From a virus (lineage: Duplodnaviria; Caudoviricetes), in the IMG/VR virus record IMGVR_UViG_3300016476_000647, positions 1-32,921 of that record: a DNA stretch of 32,921 nucleotides. One strand, given 5' to 3'. Under the pieces are notes generated by a model, which did no database searches, was not told where the DNA came from, and saw nothing but the letters and a program-made list of their open reading frames with translations. Of this stretch, positions 9,164-18,385 are shown one piece after another. Every line of letters starts with the position of its first letter. The first letter of the stretch is position 1. Both the position numbers and the translations under genes were made by a program.

Positions 9164-10063
9164 TTATCTTAGATTATTGAAGTTTGTCTTAGACATCCGT
9201 AATTCTACGGACTGTCTGAATTTTGGATCTGTTTTGAAGCGTGGATCCGAACGCTCTGAATAGAACTCAGCCTTGCTACCATATGGAAGGTTATTCACGG
9301 TGGTTGCACTGCCGACTCCAACCTTTGGAGTGGCCGTCTTGACTGGTTCGTTGGCTGTTACCTTGCCAGCTTGGGCATTCTCATACTTGGTCTTCAGACC
9401 CAGTAAGGTAACTTCCCATGAAGGTGATGCCAATGCTGCGTTTACATTCGCCTGTTCCTGCTGAGTCAGATTCTTACTGGCCCAGTCAAAGACACGGGCA
9501 AGGTTATCCTTGCCACCTACACGATTTGCCGCCTCATTGTATGCATTCTGCAAGCGGGCCTTCTGTCCCTGCATGAAGTCATCGATCACAAAGTCTGGAA
9601 CATTAAGCTTCTCACGAATTCTTGAACGAGATTCCTCTGACAGATTGCCGTTCACCGTAAATTCGGTTGAATACTTTGTCCATTCCTCCTGAGTGAGGAT
9701 CTTCTGTGCCGCCTGCTCAACAGATGGTTCTGGTTCCTTGGGCTTGTCTGGAATTCGCAGTTCCTCTGGAATCTTAGGAACTGGTTGTTCCTTAGGTTGC
9801 TCCTGAGCTGGTTCCTTGACAGGCTCAGCCTGCACCATCTGTTTCTTGAGTTGTGAAATTTCCTGTCTTGCCTTGGTGTATTCACCCTGTGCAGACTTGA
9901 GCGCATTGAACCAGTCACCAACAGACTTGAAGTTGTCTGGTACTGGTACACTGTTTGCGTTTACATAAGTCTCGAAAGCCTGTGCTTCACGGGCAATGAC
10001 GGGATCTGATGCAACCGCTGATTGTTCCACCTGTGGTGGAGTCGTTGGTTCTGCTTCTGACAT
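9164..10063 (-). CDS. Capsid scaffolding protein (T7 gp9-like)
   Basis: GNLSEES, VGGKDNLARVFDWASKNL, C-terminal SDPRFKTDPKFRQSVE; immediately upstream of capsid. Confidence 0.9.
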   Translation of the reverse strand: MSEAEPTTPPQVEQSAVASDPVIAREAQAFETYVNANSVPVPDNFKSVGDWFNALKSAQGEYTKARQEISQLKKQMVQAEPVKEPAQEQPKEQPVPKIPEELRIPDKPKEPEPSVEQAAQKILTQEEWTKYSTEFTVNGNLSEESRSRIREKLNVPDFVIDDFMQGQKARLQNAYNEAANRVGGKDNLARVFDWASKNLTQQEQANVNAALASPSWEVTLLGLKTKYENAQAGKVTANEPVKTATPKVGVGSATTVNNLPYGSKAEFYSERSDPRFKTDPKFRQSVELRMSKTNFNNLR

Positions 10064-10075
10064 GTTGTGTTCCTG

Positions 10076-10699
10076 TTATACTGGTGGAATGTAATCCACG
10101 ATTAGTGTGTCTAGAACGGTATTTGTAGCCATGTTTGTAGCCGTAACGGTTGTAGACAATGCTGTTGTTCCAGCCATATCCGCGTCGGATTTTAACCGAA
10201 CAAACAAAGATGGCTGAACAATTATTTCCTGTCCGTTCAGAACCCTGGTATATCCATCGTTCTGCGGAGAGATGCTTGAATTGACTGGAGAAACAGTCGA
10301 TGTTACCTTTACATACAAAGGCATCAAAAGGTTGCTCATGGTGAATCTGATCTTTATGGGAGCTGTTATTGCCTGTATTCTCTGGGACGAGCTTCCATAA
10401 GATGGTGTTGGATCAAGCGAGAAGTTGGCCCAGTTCACCGCTGGTGCTGGTGTCAGCACGAATGTGGATAGATACTTGAATTCTATTGGCAGTCTAATCA
10501 AGGCAAGTGCCGTATCCTTCACGCCATTCCTGATCAGGATTCCCTCGAGCGCAAGCTGGGCGGCATCGTATGTGGGATACCGTCCAACCAGTTGCGTCTG
10601 ATTTACCTTCAGGATAACATCGGCTGCTCCGATGTAGAATGTCGCGGAGTTGACATATCTTAGACCTGGCTTGCTTGCTCCAGCTGCTCTGTATGTCAT
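10076..10699 (-). CDS. Hypothetical 207-aa protein between portal and scaffold
   Basis: ATG 10699 overlaps the portal stop (ATGA) with GGAGG RBS; the ORF-track extension to 10975 lies inside the portal gene. Confidence 0.75.
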   Translation of the reverse strand: MTYRAAGASKPGLRYVNSATFYIGAADVILKVNQTQLVGRYPTYDAAQLALEGILIRNGVKDTALALIRLPIEFKYLSTFVLTPAPAVNWANFSLDPTPSYGSSSQRIQAITAPIKIRFTMSNLLMPLYVKVTSTVSPVNSSISPQNDGYTRVLNGQEIIVQPSLFVRLKSDADMAGTTALSTTVTATNMATNTVLDTLIVDYIPPV

Positions 10700-12294
10700 G
10701 ACATTCCTCCCGTCAGTTGAGACAGGTCGATGTTCTGCAAAGCCTGCTGTGTACGCGCCTGTAGTTCTGGAGACTGAAGGGCGGTGTTGGCGGCGTTTCC
10801 AGCCGCCTGTGCCATGCTGCTTCCGATTGCTCCAGCGGTTGTCTGTGCGGTAGCCTGCTGTGCGGCCATTGCCTGCTGCTCCATCTGGAGCTGACGCACC
10901 TCTTCCTCCGACTTCACCCATTGACGGGGATCGAAGCCAAGACAGGTGATGAGTTGCGAGGCATAGGCATCCCACCTGAACGTACTTACCGCATCGGGTG
11001 GAAGATTCCTAACCATCTCTCCAAGTTGCATCAGTTTCTGTAGATCCGAATCCCTGCTCAGTGCCTGAAGACCAGTGATGATCTTCAAGCTCAGTGTGCC
11101 GTCTTCATCGAAGAACTGTTCCTCAAGACCTTCCTCAAGAAGCTGGTCGTTGATCATCTGGACAATGCATCGCATGACGATTGGTTCCATCAGGGTACGC
11201 GCAATGGACGAGAATGCCCCTCCAAGCACGGTCTCAAGTTCAGAACCAATCATTCTCACGGCGGTTGCAGTGACACGATCACCAGAAGGTATCGCCTGTC
11301 CTGTCATCAGGAATGCCTGACCTATCTCCCGCCTCATGTTCTCCACCGCTGCGGACGCTGCCTGAATCTGAGGATTCATCGTTGCCGCTGGGGAAATGGT
11401 GAATACATCCTGCTGACGTGCGGCCACGAATGAACCGTTTCTCATCGTTGCGATGTCATCTATCTCCGTGATGCCGCCAGGATCAACCGCGATCCAGAAG
11501 GCACTGGCAGCTGCCAAGCCCTCGATCTGCGACTTCGTGTATGCCTCAAGGGATCTCAGATCCCCAAGAACATCCTCGCAATGTGATCTGCCGTAATTTT
11601 CACCAGGAATGCTATACCAACGTAGAACAGCAAAAGGAGGAACAACATAGTATCCCTCCCCAACGAGTTCTCCATCGGAGTGTTCCTTCCTGTAGTACCA
11701 CTGTCCGTCCTCCGTCTTGAGATACTGGCAATAGTACGTGCAGTAGCCTTGACGATATTCAATAGACGATTGATCGTATCGTATGTCATCTGGGTCAACT
11801 GCCTCGTATTCAAGATGAACTATCTCAATGACCTCTCCCATTATATTGCGTTGAACAACATACTGGTCGAGCCTGTAGTTTGTGAAGAAGTAGTTTTCAT
11901 CCATCATCATGAGTACATCACCAGTTATGATGAGGTTCTGCAGTGCCTGATAGACGGATTCCCGTAGGTTGGTAGCAACGAGCTTTCGATAGACCTGATA
12001 TGCCAAAGTCTCAAGATACTGATCGATCTCCACTGGAGCGAACGATCCATCCTTCAGGGAAAACCTGAAGAACGGGGCATCATTCAGTGGAATCAGCGCA
12101 CTGAGCATTCGTGAAGCAAGGGAGGTTACTCCCCTGCTTGCAACGGAGCTGTATGGTTGCGGCAGTATTCGTCCTTCATCCCACGATTCAGGCGGAAGGA
12201 TGGTTGGGATCGTCAGTGATGAGCAATGTCTGGCCCTCTCTAGCTTACTTGTTCTGTTTCCATCAAGTATTCTAAAGCGTTCCTGAAGCATCAT
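10696..12294 (-). CDS. Portal / head-tail connector (T7 gp8-like)
   Basis: LTIPTILP, RGVTSLASRMLSAL..PFFR, GENYGRS, RVTATAVR..ELETVLGG, ITGLQALSR. Confidence 0.96.
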   Translation of the reverse strand: MMLQERFRILDGNRTSKLERARHCSSLTIPTILPPESWDEGRILPQPYSSVASRGVTSLASRMLSALIPLNDAPFFRFSLKDGSFAPVEIDQYLETLAYQVYRKLVATNLRESVYQALQNLIITGDVLMMMDENYFFTNYRLDQYVVQRNIMGEVIEIVHLEYEAVDPDDIRYDQSSIEYRQGYCTYYCQYLKTEDGQWYYRKEHSDGELVGEGYYVVPPFAVLRWYSIPGENYGRSHCEDVLGDLRSLEAYTKSQIEGLAAASAFWIAVDPGGITEIDDIATMRNGSFVAARQQDVFTISPAATMNPQIQAASAAVENMRREIGQAFLMTGQAIPSGDRVTATAVRMIGSELETVLGGAFSSIARTLMEPIVMRCIVQMINDQLLEEGLEEQFFDEDGTLSLKIITGLQALSRDSDLQKLMQLGEMVRNLPPDAVSTFRWDAYASQLITCLGFDPRQWVKSEEEVRQLQMEQQAMAAQQATAQTTAGAIGSSMAQAAGNAANTALQSPELQARTQQALQNIDLSQLTGGMS

Positions 12295-12635
12295 TTTGGT
12301 TTCTCTACGGTTGTTGGCTTGTTCACAACGCCCTTGCCAAGTGCCTCATAGAATGAAACCTTTGACATGCTGGACTTTGTGTCCTTTGTTTCAGCCGCCT
12401 TGGCTTCGGCAATGACGGCTTCCTCTGCCGCATTGATCTCTCCAAGACGCTTCATCTCCTCAGCCGCAAGGCGTTCACGTTCAGCACGCGCCTCTTCCTC
12501 ACGACGTCTTTCATCCTCAAGCATCTGTTCACGACGCTTGTTCTCCTGCTGTTCCTGGAACTCACGTTCCTCCTTCAGCAGTTCTCTCTGTTCGATAGCG
12601 GTCATTCCACCGCTGATCATAGGTGAGCCTCCCAT
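12291..12635 (-). CDS. Small virion assembly protein (position of T7 gp6.7/7.3)
   Basis: MGGSP start, charged helix, directly upstream of portal; AAGGAG RBS. Confidence 0.6.
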   Translation of the reverse strand: MGGSPMISGGMTAIEQRELLKEEREFQEQQENKRREQMLEDERRREEEARAERERLAAEEMKRLGEINAAEEAVIAEAKAAETKDTKSSMSKVSFYEALGKGVVNKPTTVEKPK

Positions 12636-12644
12636 GTGTTCTCC

Positions 12645-13229
12645 TTATAATGGTTTTTCGGTATACGTTGCCCCACGATAAGCAGATGCTTGGGCATTAC
12701 CTAGTACTTCCTGTTTCTGTTTGAGGAATTCTTCCCTTGCCTGTGCGTTTCTCTTCTCCAGGTTCGAAAGCTCAGTGTCGTACAATTGCTTGTACTTCTT
12801 GTAGTTTGTATCGTACTCCTCGTAATCCATTTCCGTCATTCGAAGAGTCTCTGCAACCTTGCCAAGTTTTCCTGGCATCATCTTTCCCTGCGAGGTGGAG
12901 AACCACTGCTGTCTCTTTACAATAGTATTGAGATCGAGTTCGTTTCCCTCTGAATCAAGCAACGATGAAACGCTTATGTACGGACCCTTGTCCTTGTTCA
13001 TTCGTATCATCATCGCACCAGTGGCACGGGCTTCTCTCGCCCGTGCCACCCTGTCGTTCCATTCTTCACGCAATCTTACTGCATCGTTCTCTACTTCGAG
13101 AGCCTTCTTGTAGTAGTCGGTGTAGGTTGACTGATAGTATTGCCCGATTGAACTGATCTCTTCTGGTCTGAACGATCTGTTCCTGTACTCGGCCAACTTC
13201 CTGTAGTATTCAGCCGTCTGTCTGTCCAT
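12645..13229 (-). CDS. Hypothetical protein (194 aa, helical)
   Basis: AGGAG RBS, tight packing; no motif recognised. Confidence 0.7.
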   Translation of the reverse strand: MDRQTAEYYRKLAEYRNRSFRPEEISSIGQYYQSTYTDYYKKALEVENDAVRLREEWNDRVARAREARATGAMMIRMNKDKGPYISVSSLLDSEGNELDLNTIVKRQQWFSTSQGKMMPGKLGKVAETLRMTEMDYEEYDTNYKKYKQLYDTELSNLEKRNAQAREEFLKQKQEVLGNAQASAYRGATYTEKPL

Positions 13230-13413
13230 TGATCTTCTCCTGCATCTTCACGATGGCATCAAGTTTTGCAATGGTATCCAGCTTCCCAGCCACATACGCC
13301 AGGTTTCTAGCCAGTTGTTCACTGGTTTGATTTGGATCGTAACTTAGGGGCTGAACCCATTCCTTCAGTATCGGGATCCAATCTGGATCTAGATAAGGAT
13401 ACTTTGAGTTCAT
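13210..13413 (-). CDS. Hypothetical protein (67 aa)
   Basis: ATG 13413 with AAGGA RBS; MNSKYPYLDPDWI..LAYVAGKLD; position typical of small pre-structural genes. Confidence 0.65.
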   Translation of the reverse strand: MNSKYPYLDPDWIPILKEWVQPLSYDPNQTSEQLARNLAYVAGKLDTIAKLDAIVKMQEKINGQTDG

Positions 13414-13594
13414 TGATTTCCTTTTCAAGTTGTTTTGTATACATTACAAGTTGTCTGGCAAGTCTGCCAAACTCGGCTGCGGTCATTGGAAGACCTTGCT
13501 CTAGTTTGACCTGAAGTGCCTGTTCGATTATATCATTATACAATTGTGCATCCTCCTGCGGTGCAAGCTGGTTCGTGACTTGATTTCGTTGCAT
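13319..13594 (-). CDS. Hypothetical protein (start uncertain; ATG 13594 or TTG near 13543)
   Basis: Fills the gap between nrdJ and the next ORF; helical content (IIEQALQVKLEQGLPMTAAEF). Confidence 0.5.
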   Translation of the reverse strand: MQRNQVTNQLAPQEDAQLYNDIIEQALQVKLEQGLPMTAAEFGRLARQLVMYTKQLEKEINELKVSLSRSRLDPDTEGMGSAPKLRSKSNQ

Positions 13595-15422
13595 CCTCCT
13601 GCTCGTACATTGGTAGGACCGAGAAGTCCACCAATACCTTTGGAAAGGCATTGTACTGTTCTTCGGTTATTTCCTCGAATGGAGCTTGTTGATACGTGTG
13701 ATCGGCCTTAGGAAGGAACGATACACCAGAAATGCTGTCGAACTGCTCGTATACGGTCGCGCCAAGACGCATGAATTCAGCGTCTGTATAGTTGATTGTC
13801 ACGGATGGCTTGTGCTCACAGTAGTAATCGGCGTAGATTCGCCAGAGAATAAGGTGAGTCTCTGCATCAAGTGATTGTGTTGTCTTTGCTCCAAGCGGAG
13901 CCGCCATTGCAAACGAGAACACGGCGGTTGAATCTGGATTCAGCACGCAGTCCTCGCATGGAACACCCTGGTCCTTCATCAGATGATACAGCGGATCCTT
14001 CTTATCCAGCCTTACTCGACGGATGTAGTAGGGTGCATACTGCGGATGAAGACCAGAAGCACACCCAGCCAAGCATGAGGTTGTTCCCTCTGGCTTGACG
14101 CATGTGATAGCCTTTGATGGTTCGGTGTCTATCTTCATGGCCCACTTGGTGTTCACATCCTGTGCCACATCCCGCAGATCCTGAAGGAACTGGATCAACT
14201 CGTATGGACTGATACGTCCGCTTGTAAAGGCGTTATCAAAGATTCCAGTCATGGATACTCCGAGAAGTCTTTCCTCCTCACAGTTCTCCTTCCACTCCTT
14301 TCGGAGGTATGGGAAGTACGTGAACTTGGACTGGATGGTTCCAAGGATCGTTGCCATCTCTATCTTTCTTCGTATGTCCATCTTGGAATCGTGTTCCTTG
14401 ATGACAATGGTCGATAGGTTGCAGAACTCCTTCGGTCTCAGGATGATCTCGGAACATGGATTTGTTCCAAGCTGGCAGTTTTCTGGCACGGATCTTCCGA
14501 CACGCGCACATACGGAGTTCAATGCCTCCCTGTTTAGGATACCACGCTCACCACTGAACGAATTGTACAATGATGTCCATTCCTGCAGGTATCTTCCAAG
14601 GGTTGGCTTGGTCGTGTATACGGCTGAGTTGTTTGCCAACGCTCTGTAGCCGTGGGATTCCCACCAGTTTCCACTCTTGCAGTGTGCCATCTCCTGATCG
14701 TCAAGATCGGACAATGAGATCATTGCGGAACGACGAACGCCACCAACAATGACGGATTGGGCTATCACGCAGCAGATATCATGGCATTCCAGTGCACTCA
14801 GTCTTCGTCCACGCGCCTTGTAGAACGTGCCTACGACGAACTTGAATACGGCCTCAAGTGGGGCAGGACCCGATGCCCGTCCACCGAATGTCTTCAACCG
14901 TGCACCAGCTGGGCGAACAAGCGAGGTATCCCATGTTGGATGCACCCCGTTGTACAGGCTGATGATGAGATCCTTCAGTGAATCGCACCAGCCCTCCCTG
15001 CTGTCTGGAACAACGATGGTGTTGTTCTTGTCTCTATTGATGGTGTGTGGAATCTGTGGTAGCTTCTCAATGCATCGTCTCTCGACGCTGAAGCCCACTC
15101 CAGTACCACACATCAGTATGTATTGTAGTTCAGCGAACGACTCAATTGAGTCGATCTCGAGATAGCTGCAATTGTACAGGGCGGTGTGATCTCTGTCCAA
15201 TGCTGGTCCAGCGGTCATCAGTGCCCTCATGCTTGGAAATACCTCCCGTGCAAGAACAGCATCCTTGATGTCTGGTCTTTCACGAAGGGCAGGTTCCTTC
15301 TCTGAGAAGTAATTCCACCATCTCTCGACGGTTTCCTCCCATGTCTCTCGTCTACCCTGTGATTCAATCCATCTTGAATATCTACTCAGGGCAATGAAGT
15401 TTTCAAACGTATTCATAATCAT
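13536..15422 (-). CDS. nrdJ: Class II (adenosylcobalamin-dependent) ribonucleotide reductase, RTPR-type
   Basis: RRETWEETVER, PSMRALMTAG, YNC, GTGVGFSVE, GGVRRSA, TNPCSEI, FCNLS, TCVKPEGT, C-terminal CTAGGC; no small-subunit gene nearby. Confidence 0.93.
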   Translation of the reverse strand: MIMNTFENFIALSRYSRWIESQGRRETWEETVERWWNYFSEKEPALRERPDIKDAVLAREVFPSMRALMTAGPALDRDHTALYNCSYLEIDSIESFAELQYILMCGTGVGFSVERRCIEKLPQIPHTINRDKNNTIVVPDSREGWCDSLKDLIISLYNGVHPTWDTSLVRPAGARLKTFGGRASGPAPLEAVFKFVVGTFYKARGRRLSALECHDICCVIAQSVIVGGVRRSAMISLSDLDDQEMAHCKSGNWWESHGYRALANNSAVYTTKPTLGRYLQEWTSLYNSFSGERGILNREALNSVCARVGRSVPENCQLGTNPCSEIILRPKEFCNLSTIVIKEHDSKMDIRRKIEMATILGTIQSKFTYFPYLRKEWKENCEEERLLGVSMTGIFDNAFTSGRISPYELIQFLQDLRDVAQDVNTKWAMKIDTEPSKAITCVKPEGTTSCLAGCASGLHPQYAPYYIRRVRLDKKDPLYHLMKDQGVPCEDCVLNPDSTAVFSFAMAAPLGAKTTQSLDAETHLILWRIYADYYCEHKPSVTINYTDAEFMRLGATVYEQFDSISGVSFLPKADHTYQQAPFEEITEEQYNAFPKVLVDFSVLPMYEQEDATKSSHEPACTAGGCTIV

Positions 15423-15934
15423 CCAATACCTGTCGATCCAAAGCCACCACGACCTCTGTCTGAGTGACCAAGTTCATCGACTGAAACAAACGACGGAGTG
15501 ATAAAAGAAACAATCATCAACTGAGCAATTCTATCTCCGTCTTCGATAGTGAAAGGCTCTGTACCCTCGTTCCTCAGGATTACACAGATGTCGCCACGAT
15601 AGTCGGAGTCAATTAGACCTGGACTATTTGGGACTGTGATGCCCTTCTTCAAGGCAAGACCTGAGCGAGGTAGGATGAATGCGCACATTCCAGAAGGAAG
15701 TTCAATGCTTGTTCCAGTAGAGACAATGCATGTCTCGTTTGGATTGATGATAATGTTTTCAATAAGGTCTGCCTTTAGGTCAAACCCAGCAGAACCCTTG
15801 GTTGCCTTTCTTGGGATTCCATGCTTACCAGCACGAATCTTGACAAGGTTTGGCATGTCATACATGTAGCTTTCAGCTATCATGGAGTTTGGGTTGGCTG
15901 CTGTAAAGGTATTTGCAATAAGTTCATTATTCAT
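15419..15934 (-). CDS. dut: Trimeric dUTPase
   Basis: Five motifs: SAGFDL, PRSGLA, GLIDSDYRG, GDRIAQL, RGRGGFGSTG. Confidence 0.97.
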   Translation of the reverse strand: MNNELIANTFTAANPNSMIAESYMYDMPNLVKIRAGKHGIPRKATKGSAGFDLKADLIENIIINPNETCIVSTGTSIELPSGMCAFILPRSGLALKKGITVPNSPGLIDSDYRGDICVILRNEGTEPFTIEDGDRIAQLMIVSFITPSFVSVDELGHSDRGRGGFGSTGIG

Positions 15935-16683
15935 TTTTGTTCCTTCTTCGATACGTCAGTCGCTAGACGGGGTTCCCATGGTCGGGAATGTTCCCCATCC
16001 CTGAGGATTCGAATGGACCGTGCCATTGCAATAGCATCCTCATAGGTGTACTTGCCACCGTCTTTGTTAGGTTTTTGTTCATAAAGTGACAGAACTAGGG
16101 CCGTATGGTTTACTGGCATGGTTGCATTTAGCAATGCCTCTGCCTTATTTGGACCCATCTTCCAGATTCCTGGAATATTATCGGTGCTATCACCTGTTAT
16201 CCACTGTCTGTGAAAATACCAGTCGGCCTGTTCGACCGAAGTGTATTCTATATCCCGTGGAAACTCATCGTCATCTAGGGTTGGATACCAACTGTATCCT
16301 GGAATCTGCTTGAGATCCTTGTCTATCGTGACACCTATGGCAGAGCCACGGGACTGCCACATTCCGATGATATCGTCGGCCTCGAGTCTTGGAATGGTGA
16401 TGACATCGTATTCATCCTTGAGGAATGCAACCGCATCTGGAAGGGTCTCTGGACTTGGTCTGTTATTTCTGTGAGCTTTGTATCCAGCATAGTGATCCCT
16501 TCTGAAGTTGTCATCACGCTTGCATGATAGGGCAATGAAGACATCCTTGACTCCCTCTGGTGTCCATCTGGATACATCATCCCGTAATCTGTCTTCAAGC
16601 CATTCTGATCCTTCAGAGTCGGCCCAGAATGCAGCCCTATATGCAATGATATCTCCGTCAAGAACCGCTGTTGTCGGTGTCAT
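15931..16683 (-). CDS. 5'-3' exonuclease (T7 gp6-like)
   Basis: LDGDIIAY, NFR..YKAHR, EADD, DKDLKQIPG, GDSTDNIPG. Confidence 0.95.
   Translation of the reverse strand: MTPTTAVLDGDIIAYRAAFWADSEGSEWLEDRLRDDVSRWTPEGVKDVFIALSCKRDDNFRRDHYAGYKAHRNNRPSPETLPDAVAFLKDEYDVITIPRLEADDIIGMWQSRGSAIGVTIDKDLKQIPGYSWYPTLDDDEFPRDIEYTSVEQADWYFHRQWITGDSTDNIPGIWKMGPNKAEALLNATMPVNHTALVLSLYEQKPNKDGGKYTYEDAIAMARSIRILRDGEHSRPWEPRLATDVSKKEQK
15948..15966 (-). promoter_or_regulatory. Candidate phage RNAP promoter, copy 1
   Basis: Minus strand CTAGCGACTGACGTATCGA; 18/19 identical to 20224-20242; directly upstream of the dut RBS. Confidence 0.55.
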
Positions 16684-16837
16684 TCTTGTTCTCCATCAGA
16701 TAATAGAATCCCTGCACGAAGTACAACCTGTATGTCGTATCCTCGATCTCGTGGTATCTGTGCAGTTTCGATACCTGTTGAAACTCACCTCGGTGTGGAC
16801 CAACCAACACCTCGGCAATAACGTCACCACCAACCAT
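16658..16837 (-). CDS. Hypothetical protein (59 aa)
   Basis: ATG 16837 (MVGGDVIAEVLVG..) fills the gap between neighbours; weak RBS. Confidence 0.45.
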   Translation of the reverse strand: MVGGDVIAEVLVGPHRGEFQQVSKLHRYHEIEDTTYRLYFVQGFYYLMENKNDTDNSGS

Positions 16838-17189
16838 GTAGATAGCAACCCCTTTCAGCCGCGATTGTAAACCATTTCTCAAGGGCCTTGAGTTCACGCT
16901 TGTTATAGTTGTAGGTGAACACGATGTCCCTGTAGCGGATCGGATCAGCATTGAGTTCGTGCAGTGCCGCCGCTATCTTTCCTACCCCATCGTTGGATAT
17001 CGATTCCTGATACAGCGATATTCCACTTACCTGTTCTATCAGATGTGAGTAGACCTTGCCGCGTATCCACGACAGATCGCTGCCCATGATGCCACGGCTA
17101 AGTTCCTCAGTGCCTTCAAACCACACGCTATCAGCCTCGATATGCTCGCCATTACTGTACTCCTTGTAAGCGATTGTGTCAAGCCCCAT
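16824..17189 (-). CDS. Hypothetical phage protein (MGLD...WW type)
   Basis: GGAGGAGG RBS 6 nt before ATG 17189; MGLD start and terminal Trp resemble a common phage hypothetical family. Confidence 0.7.
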   Translation of the reverse strand: MGLDTIAYKEYSNGEHIEADSVWFEGTEELSRGIMGSDLSWIRGKVYSHLIEQVSGISLYQESISNDGVGKIAAALHELNADPIRYRDIVFTYNYNKRELKALEKWFTIAAERGCYLHGWW

Positions 17190-17892
17190 CGTCATCCTCC
17201 TCCTGGAACAGTTCCCTGAAGATATCCTCAATGGAAATCTTTTCATCTTTCTTCATTTTGGCGCATCCAGCGCAGTCGCATTCAAGATAGGAAAATGGAG
17301 TTGCATCGAACCACAGTGGAATCCTATCCTTGAGCTTGTGGTTGAAGTCTTCCTTTGTTCCCTCGTTCTTCACGATGTAGTTGAAGATATCCTGATAGTC
17401 CTTGTTTCCAGCCTCGAATTGATTTGCCATGTCCTCGGATTCATGCTTTCTCCAATCAGCATCGTGTTCTGGTAGAACACGAGACCCACGCGAGATCATG
17501 ATTGTCTTTGCACCAAGCTGCTTGCCAAGGTTAAGTTCATTAAGATAACGACAATCATCCACGATAACGATAGTTTCCTTCCATATCTTATCGAGGGATT
17601 GTGCAGCCTTGACATCCTTCTCATATAACTCAAGCCACTTCTCCTTGAATAGATTGATCCAGTGATCTGGATTCTCCTTGCGCTTTGCCTCACCGATTGA
17701 CTGGCAGAATGCCCTGTACTCGATAGGCGACTTGTCCTTTGTTATGCCAGCCTCTGCAGCCGCATCCTTTATTGCCTGCGCAAACGGAAGAATGATCGGC
17801 TTGTATTCCTGCTTCTTAGCCTGATTGGCTATGTAGTTAGCAGCGGTTGTCTTACCTACCCTGGCCTGTCCAGCCAACAGCAGTGTTATCAT
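17179..17892 (-). CDS. Deoxynucleoside monophosphate kinase
   Basis: Start MITLLLAGQARVGKTT (P-loop), FAQAIK, VIVDDCRYLNE, HESE, IVKNEG; GGAG RBS. Confidence 0.85.
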   Translation of the reverse strand: MITLLLAGQARVGKTTAANYIANQAKKQEYKPIILPFAQAIKDAAAEAGITKDKSPIEYRAFCQSIGEAKRKENPDHWINLFKEKWLELYEKDVKAAQSLDKIWKETIVIVDDCRYLNELNLGKQLGAKTIMISRGSRVLPEHDADWRKHESEDMANQFEAGNKDYQDIFNYIVKNEGTKEDFNHKLKDRIPLWFDATPFSYLECDCAGCAKMKKDEKISIEDIFRELFQEEDDDGA

Positions 17893-18385
17893 AGTGTCTC
17901 CACATGGTGCTTGGATGCCAGATCTCTGGCAAGTTGAATAGATGGCACACGAAAGTAGTGCATGTTCTTGGCCGTGTGAGTCCAAGAAACCTGCCGATGA
18001 AGTGGTGGAATATTAGATCCCACCCAGTCATGTCGGTGTATTGCCGTGCCTGACGGACGACATCTTCAAGATCCATCTCAACCTCTCCGATTGGAATCTT
18101 GGCCAACAGTCTTCCACCAGCCCTTTCCAGGGTTGTTGGTGAATGTACCTTGGCAATGCTTTTGATACCGACGCTGCTGCGCATTGCTGCGCATACCGTC
18201 AGTGTTATGTCTCCCTGTGTCTTCGTGCTTATGATTGGACCTACATGAGTGACATGACTAAGTCCAGTGATCTTAAGAAGGGATCCGTACAATCTTCCCT
18301 GAAGCGGTGATAGATCGTAGAATCCGATGTAGCATTCATACCTAGTGGGTTTCAGACCAGTTTGATCCGATCTTGTACTCGGCAT
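17852..18385 (-). CDS. Permuted papain-like (YaeF/YiiX-type NlpC/P60) protein; start uncertain
   Basis: N-terminal SHVTHVG (His) and C-terminal RTCTTFV (Cys) followed by HP: permuted His-then-Cys order. Confidence 0.55.
   Translation of the reverse strand: MPSTRSDQTGLKPTRYECYIGFYDLSPLQGRLYGSLLKITGLSHVTHVGPIISTKTQGDITLTVCAAMRSSVGIKSIAKVHSPTTLERAGGRLLAKIPIGEVEMDLEDVVRQARQYTDMTGWDLIFHHFIGRFLGLTRPRTCTTFVCHLFNLPEIWHPSTMWRHYDNTAVGWTGQGR

Noticed and set aside
10700-10975. ORF-track N-terminal extensions (also 17893-17985, 24586-24651, 24897-24935, 31378-31470)
   Set aside because: Overlap upstream genes or a tRNA; RBS, stop-start coupling or motif boundaries support the downstream starts.
12420-12600. 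Low-complexity Glu/Arg codon repeats
   Set aside because: Explained by a charged alpha-helix; no exact periodic DNA repeat or CRISPR array seen anywhere in the window.
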